This document shows, in pieces, positions 47,405 to 54,234 of a DNA stretch of 57,942 nt. This DNA is from Gemmatimonadaceae bacterium (GTDB taxonomy: Bacteria; Gemmatimonadota; Gemmatimonadetes; Gemmatimonadales; Gemmatimonadaceae). Within the stretch, counting starts at the first letter, position 1. Each line of letters opens with the position of its first letter. The position numbers were made by a program, and so were the translations under genes. The stretch is from assembly GCA_035760455.1 (NCBI GenBank), contig DASTSX010000073.1, positions 1 through 57,942 on the forward strand, written 5' to 3'. The notes beneath the pieces were generated by a model. It did not search any database. It was not told where the DNA came from and saw only the letters and a program-made list of their open reading frames with translations.

Positions 47405-48994
47405 ATGCCGCCCATCCGCCCCCTCCCCGATTCGCCCGACCTCGACCAGCTGAGGCGACAGGCGAAGGACCTGCTCCGCGCCGCGCGCGCCGCGGACTCC
47501 ACCGCGCTGGCGCGCTTCAGGTCGCTCCCCTCCCTGACGCGCGCCGGCGACGAGGATCTCGCCCGCGTGCCGCTCGCGCTCCACGACGCGCAGTCGGTGA
47601 TCGCGCGCGAGCATGGCTTCGCGTCGTGGAACGCACTGCGCGAGCGCGTGGAGGAGCTGACGCTCGGCCTCGACGACGCCGTGCGTGAGTTCGTCGAGGC
47701 CGCGACCGACGGCCGCACGTCGCGCGCGGAGCGTCTGCTCGCGCTGCATCCGCGCATCGCCGGGGCGAGCCTGCACAGCGCGCTCGTGCTCGGCGACGCG
47801 GGGGCCGTCGAGTCACACCTCACACGGCGCCCCGCGCTCGCCCACGAGGCCGGCGGACCGCGCGGCTGGGAGCCGCTCCACTACGTGTGTCACACCTCGC
47901 TCGGTCGCTCTCCCGTCGCGAGCGCGGAGGGGCTGGTGGCCATCGCCCGCCGTCTGCTGGCCCTCGGCGCCGATCCGAACACACGCTTTCCCTGGCTGCA
48001 TCACGGCGTCCGACGTCCCGTGCTGTGGGGCGCGACCCGGGCCACCGGGCTGCACGCCTTGGCCGCGCTGCTGCTCGACGCGGGCGCCGACCCGAACGAC
48101 GGCGTCACGCTGCCCATCGCGGCGAGCGCCGGCGACGTGAGCACGCTGGAGCTGCTGCGCGCGCACGGCGCGGACCCGAACCAGCCCTGGGCGAGCGACG
48201 GGGCCACCGCGCTCTACGCGATTCTCCAATGGGCGAGGACGCCCGTCGGCATCCAGTGGCTGCTCGAGCACGGCGCCGACCCCGACCCGGTGTTCGCCGC
48301 CAACGGCGAAACGCCGCTGCACGCCGTCGCGCGGCGGTGGGACGTCGCGGTTGCGGAGCAGCTCGTCGCGCGCGGCGCGGACGTCTCGCGCCGTCGCGCC
48401 GACGGCCGCACGCCGTACGCCGTGGCGGAGTTGAACGGCAATCGCGCCGTGGCCGACTGGCTGCGAGCGCGCGGAGCGTGGAACGAGCTCGGCGAGGTCG
48501 ACCGGCTCGTCGCGGCGGCGGCGCGCGGCGATCGGGCCGCGGCGGACGCCATGCTCGCGGCCCGGCCGATGCTGCGCGACGAGATCACCGCCGAGCACTA
48601 CGCGGTGCTCCACCGCGCCGCCGAGGCGGGTGACGTCGGGGCGCTCGCGCTGCTGCTCGACTGCGGCTTCGATCCGAGCCGCGGCGACGAGGAGATTGGC
48701 AAGACGGCGCTCCACAGCGCGGCGATGGCGGGACGGCCGGACGCGGTGCGTCTCCTGCTCGCGCGCGGCGCGTCGCCGAACGTGCGCGACCGGGAGTTCC
48801 ACGCGCAGCCGCTCGTCTGGGCGGCCGAGGGCGCGCGATCGCACCACGAGCGCGCGCGGGAGTACGCCGAGGTCGGGCGCCTGCTGCTCGATGCGGGATC
48901 GTCCACAGAGTGGGAGCCGGGCGACGAGCCGGCGGAGGGGATCGTCGAGACGCTCGTCGAGTGGCAGCGGGACTTGGGTGCTCGCGTGCCATGA
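47405..48994 (+). CDS. Ankyrin-repeat protein
   Basis: 529 aa. It has multiple ANK-like units (G.TPLH.A...G....V..LL..GADPN), for example GETPLHAVARRWDVAVAEQLVARGADV and GKTALHSAAMAGRPDAVRLLLARGASPN. Confidence 0.8.
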   Translation: MPPIRPLPDSPDLDQLRRQAKDLLRAARAADSTALARFRSLPSLTRAGDEDLARVPLALHDAQSVIAREHGFASWNALRERVEELTLGLDDAVREFVEAATDGRTSRAERLLALHPRIAGASLHSALVLGDAGAVESHLTRRPALAHEAGGPRGWEPLHYVCHTSLGRSPVASAEGLVAIARRLLALGADPNTRFPWLHHGVRRPVLWGATRATGLHALAALLLDAGADPNDGVTLPIAASAGDVSTLELLRAHGADPNQPWASDGATALYAILQWARTPVGIQWLLEHGADPDPVFAANGETPLHAVARRWDVAVAEQLVARGADVSRRRADGRTPYAVAELNGNRAVADWLRARGAWNELGEVDRLVAAAARGDRAAADAMLAARPMLRDEITAEHYAVLHRAAEAGDVGALALLLDCGFDPSRGDEEIGKTALHSAAMAGRPDAVRLLLARGASPNVRDREFHAQPLVWAAEGARSHHERAREYAEVGRLLLDAGSSTEWEPGDEPAEGIVETLVEWQRDLGARVP

Positions 48995-49404
48995 TGCAGT
49001 CCACTTCGCCTACCGAGCGCGCCGCGCGCCGCCCCCTCCCGTCCGTCCTGGCCGTCGGCGTGCTCTTCGTCGGGCTCGGCGTCGTCGACATCTATCAGGG
49101 TGTCGCCCCGTACCTGGGGTCCGCCCGCCGTCCGCCCGTCGCGGGCGACGACATGCTGGTCCTCGCGATCGGCGTCGCGGCGCTGGTCGGCGGGGTCTTT
49201 CTGCTCCTCGGTCGGAACTGGGCGCGCTGGCTGCTCGCGGCCTGGATGGCGCTGCACGTCGCGATCAGCGCGGGACGACCGGCGCAGTTGGCGGCCCATG
49301 TGGTGATCTTCGGGGTCATCACGTTCCTGCTGTTCCGGTCGCGCGCGTCGGCCCATTTCGGGCCGCGTGTCAACCGCCGACCCGGCGTGGGAAGATCGAG
49401 TTGA
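48991..49404 (+). CDS. Small integral membrane protein (3-4 TM)
   Basis: ATG 48991 overlaps the ankyrin-gene TGA (ATGA). Hydrophobic segments include VLAVGVLFVGLGVV, LVLAIGVAALVGGVFLLL and HVVIFGVITFLLF. Confidence 0.55.
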   Translation: MMQSTSPTERAARRPLPSVLAVGVLFVGLGVVDIYQGVAPYLGSARRPPVAGDDMLVLAIGVAALVGGVFLLLGRNWARWLLAAWMALHVAISAGRPAQLAAHVVIFGVITFLLFRSRASAHFGPRVNRRPGVGRSS

Positions 49405-49476
49405 GCCACGAGCCGGAGGCCTCCGCCGCGCAGGACGCGCACGCGACCATCACCGAGGAGAAGGCGGACACGTAGC

Positions 49477-50529
49477 ATGGACAGACGAGGCTTCGTTCAC
49501 GAGATGCTCGGCGCGGCGGCGACGACACTGCTCGCCGGCGGATGCCCACGCGTGGGAACCCGGCCCGGGACGGCGAAGCTCGCGTCGCGCGCGATGACCG
49601 TGCGCGGGTGGATCGACACGAGCGACATGGGGCTGACCCTGCCGCACGAGCATGCACTGGTCAGCTTCCAGCCGTACGCCGAGTGGACGAGGCAGCCGCT
49701 CGTGTACGACCGTGACGAGGTGGTGCGCGTGGTGCTACCGCGGCTGCGCCGGCTGCGCGAGCTCGGATGCCGGACCTTCGTCGACGCGACTCCCATGCAC
49801 GTCGGCCGCGACCCCGCGCTGCTGCGCCGGCTGTCGGAGGAGAGCGGGCTGCACGTGCTCACGCCGACGGGGAATTACGCCGCGCGCGAGAACAGCTTCC
49901 TGTCACCACTCGTCCTATCGCTGACCGCCGAAGCGCTCGCCGGCCGCTGGACCCGCGAGTGGACGGACGGCATCGACGACACCGGGGTACGGCCGGGCTT
50001 CATCAAGCTGGGCTTCAATGGCCGATCGCTCAGCGAGGTCGAGCGGAAGCTCATCCACGCCGGAGCGCTGACCCATCGCGCGACGGGACTCACGATCGGG
50101 GCGCACACCGGGCCGGCTGTCGCGGCGCTCGAGCAGCTCGCCATTCTCGAGCGCGAAGGCGTGCATCCCTCGGCGTGGATCTGGATCCACGCGCAGGGCG
50201 AGCCCGACGCGGCCCGACACATCGCGGCCGCTCGGCGCGGCGCCTGGATCGAGTTCGACGGGATCGACCCGCGGTCGCTGGATCGCCACCTGGAGCTGGT
50301 GACACGCCTGCGTGATGCGGGGCTGCTGGGACGCGTGCTGGTCTCGCAGGACGCCGGCTGGTACGACGTGGGGCGGCCGAGTGGTCACATGGCCCGCAGC
50401 TACGAGGTGCTGTTCACCGACTTCCTGCCGGCGCTGCGTGCGCGAGGCTTCACCACCGCGGAGATCGACACGCTGCTGGTGCGGAATCCGGCGACGGCCT
50501 TCGCCGTGTCCGTCCGCACCACCCGATGA
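49477..50529 (+). CDS. Phosphotriesterase-family (PTE/PHP, amidohydrolase superfamily) protein, possibly Tat-exported
   Basis: 350 aa. The N-terminus is MDRRGFVHEMLGAAATTLLAGG. The motif GLTLPHEHAL is typical of the PTE family. Confidence 0.75.
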   Translation: MDRRGFVHEMLGAAATTLLAGGCPRVGTRPGTAKLASRAMTVRGWIDTSDMGLTLPHEHALVSFQPYAEWTRQPLVYDRDEVVRVVLPRLRRLRELGCRTFVDATPMHVGRDPALLRRLSEESGLHVLTPTGNYAARENSFLSPLVLSLTAEALAGRWTREWTDGIDDTGVRPGFIKLGFNGRSLSEVERKLIHAGALTHRATGLTIGAHTGPAVAALEQLAILEREGVHPSAWIWIHAQGEPDAARHIAAARRGAWIEFDGIDPRSLDRHLELVTRLRDAGLLGRVLVSQDAGWYDVGRPSGHMARSYEVLFTDFLPALRARGFTTAEIDTLLVRNPATAFAVSVRTTR

Positions 50530-50547
50530 GCGCCCCATCGCGCGGCC

Positions 50548-51321
50548 TCACTCGTGGGCGGCGCGCCAGCGAAAGGCGACATCGGGGACCGCGGCGCGGG
50601 CCGGCGACGGCTTTCGCTTGCACGCGACGATCGTGCGGGCGGGCAGCGCCGGCCGCATGGCGGCGTGCACCCGTGCCTGAACGGCGGGCGAGAGGAACAG
50701 GTCCGTGAGCTCGGGATCGAACTGTCGCCCGCGCTCGGCGGCGATGACCTCGACCGCCGCGGGCGCGCTGCGCGCGGCTCCATATCGGCGACGACGGGTG
50801 ATCGCGTCGTAGGTATCGGCGAGCGCGACGATACGCGCGGCGAGCGGGATCTCGGACCCGCGGAGCCCGCACGGATACCCCGTCCCGTCCCAGCGCTCGT
50901 GATGCGCGAGAACGCCGTTCCCCAGATCGGGATAGAACCGCGAGAGGGGCGCGACCACGTCGGCACCACGCTGCGGATGCGTCGCGATCTCCAGCCGTTC
51001 AGCGGCGGAGAGCGCATGATCGTCGTGGGTGATGTCGAACAGCGCCTCGTGGATCTTGCCCACGTCGTGGAACAGCGCGACGCGCTCCACGCTCGAACGA
51101 GCGCGGGTCGAGAGCCCATGCGCGTCCGCCAGGATGAGCGAGACCGCGGCCACGCGGCGCACGTGCTCGCCCGTGGCGGGATCGTTCGCGTCGATCGCGT
51201 TGAGCAACGACTCGAGCGCGGCGGCCGCGAGCCGCTCGACGCGGTCGCGCTCTCGGCGCACCCTGAGGTAGTAGACGACGGCACCCGCCGCGAGCAGCGT
51301 GGTGGGCAGACGAGACGCCAT
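50548..51321 (-). CDS. HD-GYP domain protein (candidate c-di-GMP phosphodiesterase) with N-terminal TM helix
   Basis: ATG 51321. It has HVRRVA, LFHDVGK (HD) and HHERWDGTGYP (GYP). The track ORF to 51750 is over-extended. Confidence 0.8.
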   Translation of the reverse strand: MASRLPTTLLAAGAVVYYLRVRRERDRVERLAAAALESLLNAIDANDPATGEHVRRVAAVSLILADAHGLSTRARSSVERVALFHDVGKIHEALFDITHDDHALSAAERLEIATHPQRGADVVAPLSRFYPDLGNGVLAHHERWDGTGYPCGLRGSEIPLAARIVALADTYDAITRRRRYGAARSAPAAVEVIAAERGRQFDPELTDLFLSPAVQARVHAAMRPALPARTIVACKRKPSPARAAVPDVAFRWRAAHE

Positions 51322-51365
51322 TGTGGACCTTGGAGTGAAGGTGAGGTCGGAACGACCGGCCGACG

Positions 51366-51626
51366 TCACGTCGTTCCGGACGGAAGGATTCGCGCGGAGA
51401 GCTCGCGGGCCCGCAGCAGCAGGGGGCTCTTGGCCACGGCGGCGCCGCCCTCGCGCTCCTCGATCGCGGCGACGACGTCCGCGGTGACGCGTCGCAGCGT
51501 CACGTAGCTCGTGACCAGCCGGACCACTTGCGGGTGGTCCTGCGCTCGGGCCAGCACCAGCATCTCGCGGAGCTCGCGATCGGTGAGCGGGACGTCGTCG
51601 GCGCGCAGCGGTGCTCGATCGGTCAT
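51366..51626 (-). CDS. Small hypothetical protein (86 aa), translationally coupled to the MerR/B12 regulator
   Basis: ATG 51626 overlaps the regulator stop (ATGA). The sequence begins MTDRAPLRADDVPLTDRELREMLVLARAQDHPQVV. I recognise no family. Confidence 0.45.
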   Translation of the reverse strand: MTDRAPLRADDVPLTDRELREMLVLARAQDHPQVVRLVTSYVTLRRVTADVVAAIEEREGGAAVAKSPLLLRARELSARILPSGTT

Positions 51627-52663
51627 CGCCCCGCCCGGATTCGCGGGCGATTCGACGGGCGATCGACCCTGCCGCCCTCGTCGGTCGCCGCTCCGCGCAG
51701 GGCGCGAAGCCGGCTGCGCAGCATGGCCAGCCCGACCAACGGTGTCGCACCCGTCTCGGCGAGCGCCGCGCGTTGGACGTCGGCGGTCGTCCCGACGACG
51801 AGCAGCTCGACGCGCGGCGGGAGCAGGACGCGGAGCCGGCGGAGCTCGCGCGGGATCAGGCGGTCGCCCGATGCCGCCGGCACGCTCAGGGCGAGGACGC
51901 GCGCGCCGACGTGCTCCAGCGTCTCGGCGATGTCGTCCGCCGGCACGCCGGGCCCGACGTACGTGACGCGCCACCCGTCGGAGGCCGCCGCGGCGGCGAC
52001 GATGAGGGCGTCGAGCTCGTGCGCGTGTCCCCCCAGCAGGCCGACGACGAGATCGCGCGTGGCCAACGGCGCGGTGGCGGTGGCGACGACATGATCGAGC
52101 ACACGACGCAACACCGCGTGGGCGAGGTGGCCGTGCGCGCGGCGCAACGACCCGTCGAGCACGCGCACGCGCAGGTGCTCGACGAGCGGCACCACGACGG
52201 CGTCGAGGAAATCGTCGGCCGACAGCGCTACGGTGGCGCGGCGCAGCAGCAGGTCGAGCGCGACCGCGTCGGAGTCTCCGATGGCGCCGATGCACGCATC
52301 GAGGAAGTCCCCGCCGGCCGGCGGCGCGGCCGGCGCGACGTCGGCGAACCCGCGACGCCGCGGTCGCTGCGGGGCCGGAGCATCCTCGTCGAGCAGTGCG
52401 ACGAGGGTCGCGGTCGGCAGCGCCGCGACCTGACCGATCGCGCGACCGGTGCGCGTGACCTCCACGAGCAGACGTAGACGCTCGATGTCGGCGTCGGAGT
52501 AGAGACGTCGTCCGGTCGTGGAGCGCACGGGGGTGACGACCGCGTAGCGCTTCTCCCAGACGCGCAGCACATCGGCGCTGATGCCCGTGCGACGGGTGAC
52601 GACCTGGATGGGGTGCAGCGTGGCGGCGGACGCCGGGGTGCGCTTCGGCATAGTGGAATGCAT
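51623..52663 (-). CDS. MerR-family regulator with C-terminal cobalamin(B12)-binding domain (CarH/LitR-like)
   Basis: The MerR HTH is IQVVTRRTGISADVLRVWEKRYAVVTPVRSTTGRRLYSDADIERLRLL. The C-terminal Rossmann-like B12 module reads VVGLLGGHAHELDALIVAAAAASDGWRVTYVGPGVPADDI and has a His-containing loop. An alternative ATG start is at 52651. Confidence 0.75.
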   Translation of the reverse strand: MHSTMPKRTPASAATLHPIQVVTRRTGISADVLRVWEKRYAVVTPVRSTTGRRLYSDADIERLRLLVEVTRTGRAIGQVAALPTATLVALLDEDAPAPQRPRRRGFADVAPAAPPAGGDFLDACIGAIGDSDAVALDLLLRRATVALSADDFLDAVVVPLVEHLRVRVLDGSLRRAHGHLAHAVLRRVLDHVVATATAPLATRDLVVGLLGGHAHELDALIVAAAAASDGWRVTYVGPGVPADDIAETLEHVGARVLALSVPAASGDRLIPRELRRLRVLLPPRVELLVVGTTADVQRAALAETGATPLVGLAMLRSRLRALRGAATDEGGRVDRPSNRPRIRAGR

Positions 52664-52708
52664 AACGGGGAGGACGCCGTTTGTCCAGGATATGTCCTAA
52701 ACAAAATA

Positions 52709-52737
52709 TTGACAAACTCCGCGCCGCGCACTAGGTT
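52709..52737 (+). promoter_or_regulatory. Candidate sigma-70-type promoter (TTGACA-17 nt-TAGGTT) in the divergent intergenic region
   Basis: -35 TTGACA at 52709-52714, a 17-nt spacer, and -10 TAGGTT at 52732-52737. It lies in a locally AT-rich patch 63 nt upstream of the lipoprotein ATG. The inverted repeat GTTTGTC (52679-52685) / GACAAAC (52711-52717) overlaps the -35. Confidence 0.45.
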
Positions 52738-52799
52738 GAGTGCATGGACGGCGTCGGACCGGTCGTTCACGCTCTCACCAGGTCCACGCCGGAGGTCAC

Positions 52800-53303
52800 A
52801 TGATTCGATCGTCGCTCTACCCCGTCCTCGTCGTCACGGGGGCACTCGCGCTGGGCGCGTGCAATCCGCTCCGCAGCCCGCTCAAGAAGGATCCCGTCGT
52901 CCAGGTGAGCAATCGCGACGCGAACCTCAACTCGCGCTGGCACGGCACCCTCTCCACGCCATCGACGCTCGCCGGCGCGGTCCAGATGACCGGACAGATC
53001 TCGATGGCGCCGGCGGAGAAGCAGGGCAACACGCACGTCGTCCTTCTCCTCGCGAACGCCTCGCCTGGTGGACTTCACCCGTGGCAGCTGCACCGCGGTC
53101 AGTGCGGCATGGACGAGGGCGTGTTCGGCACGCCGGAGAACTACAACGCGATCAAGGTCGATGAGGGTGGTCGCGCATCGGTGACCGCCAACGTGCCGCT
53201 CACCATGCCGAGCGATGGCCGCTACTTCGTGAGCGTCGGAGCCTCGGGTGCGAACGCGCAGACGATCGTCGCCTGCGGCAACCTGGCGCCACCGACCCAG
53301 TGA
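52800..53303 (+). CDS. Lipoprotein, possibly CHRD-like beta-sandwich
   Basis: ATG 52800, with GGAGG 5 nt upstream. It has the lipobox ALALGAC. WQLHRGQCG weakly resembles the CHRD aHIHxGxxG element. Confidence 0.55.
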   Translation: MIRSSLYPVLVVTGALALGACNPLRSPLKKDPVVQVSNRDANLNSRWHGTLSTPSTLAGAVQMTGQISMAPAEKQGNTHVVLLLANASPGGLHPWQLHRGQCGMDEGVFGTPENYNAIKVDEGGRASVTANVPLTMPSDGRYFVSVGASGANAQTIVACGNLAPPTQ

Positions 53304-53446
53304 GACAGCCGTCGCCGGCGCGCACCGCGCACGCCGGCGACGAGCAGCCCACTCGGCTGCACGGAGGCTACCGACGCGAGCTCCCGCGAATGCGGGGCGC
53401 GCACGGGGTCGCACCCCCGTAGTCACCGTCCCTTCCGGACCATCGC

Positions 53447-53845
53447 ATGAAGCTGCAGCGCCTCTGGACCGGCTCCCCGCCCAATCTCGCGCCCGTCGTG
53501 GGGCCGCATCCCGCCTCGGATCCGATCACGCGGATGAGCGAGCTCGCGCACGCCTTCGATCGCGCACAGCAGGAGACTGGCTGCATCGAGCGGTCCGACG
53601 CCTCGACCGGCGGCTGCGCCGAGCTGGCAGGCGCCGTCCGCGCTCTCGTGGTGGCGGGACGAGCCGACGGATCCCCTCCCGAGCGCGTCCTGGCCGTCAT
53701 CAAGAGCGCGACGCGCCCCTACTTCGTCGATGGTGTCGACGAGGTGCACGGCGACCGACTGCAGACGCTCATCCTGCGCCAGTTCATCGCGTCGTACTAC
53801 GACCTGACGCTACCGGACCTGCGCATGCCGCGGGCCTCCGAATGA
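53447..53845 (+). CDS. Hypothetical protein (132 aa)
   Basis: ORF with high GC3. Its stop overlaps the next start (ATGA). I recognise no family. An internal alternative start at MSELAHAF is possible. Confidence 0.4.
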   Translation: MKLQRLWTGSPPNLAPVVGPHPASDPITRMSELAHAFDRAQQETGCIERSDASTGGCAELAGAVRALVVAGRADGSPPERVLAVIKSATRPYFVDGVDEVHGDRLQTLILRQFIASYYDLTLPDLRMPRASE

Positions 53846-54231
53846 GCGCCCGTCTGCCCAACGACGCCCCGCGGTCGACCGCCCAGGGACGATCACGCCA
53901 GCACGTCGACGTCGCATGCCCGCAGCTGCTCTCGTCGGAGACGTGGTCGTTCCTCGGTCATCACGTGGAGCGCGCGTTCACGCGACCCGGCACCTGGCGT
54001 CCAACGCTCCGGCGAGCCGTGCGCCGCGTGACGACGGAGATGGAAGCGGTGGGCGCCGAGCCCGCGATGGTGCGGCAGGCGCTCGAGCGCTCGGTGCTGG
54101 AGCACTCCGCCTGCGCGCGGCACGACCGCATGCTGATCGTGACGCGCGAGCGGTACTCGGATCGCGTGCTGGCGGCGATGCACGCGTGGGCCGAGGCGGA
54201 TCGATCCTCGACAGCCCCACCGGCGGTCTGA
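53842..54231 (+). CDS. Hypothetical protein (129 aa)
   Basis: ATG 53842 overlaps the upstream TGA. It ends 3 nt before the histidine kinase ATG. It has a weak resemblance to the preceding ORF (AVR..V....G..P..V). Confidence 0.4.
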   Translation: MSARLPNDAPRSTAQGRSRQHVDVACPQLLSSETWSFLGHHVERAFTRPGTWRPTLRRAVRRVTTEMEAVGAEPAMVRQALERSVLEHSACARHDRMLIVTRERYSDRVLAAMHAWAEADRSSTAPPAV

Positions 54232-54234
54232 GCG

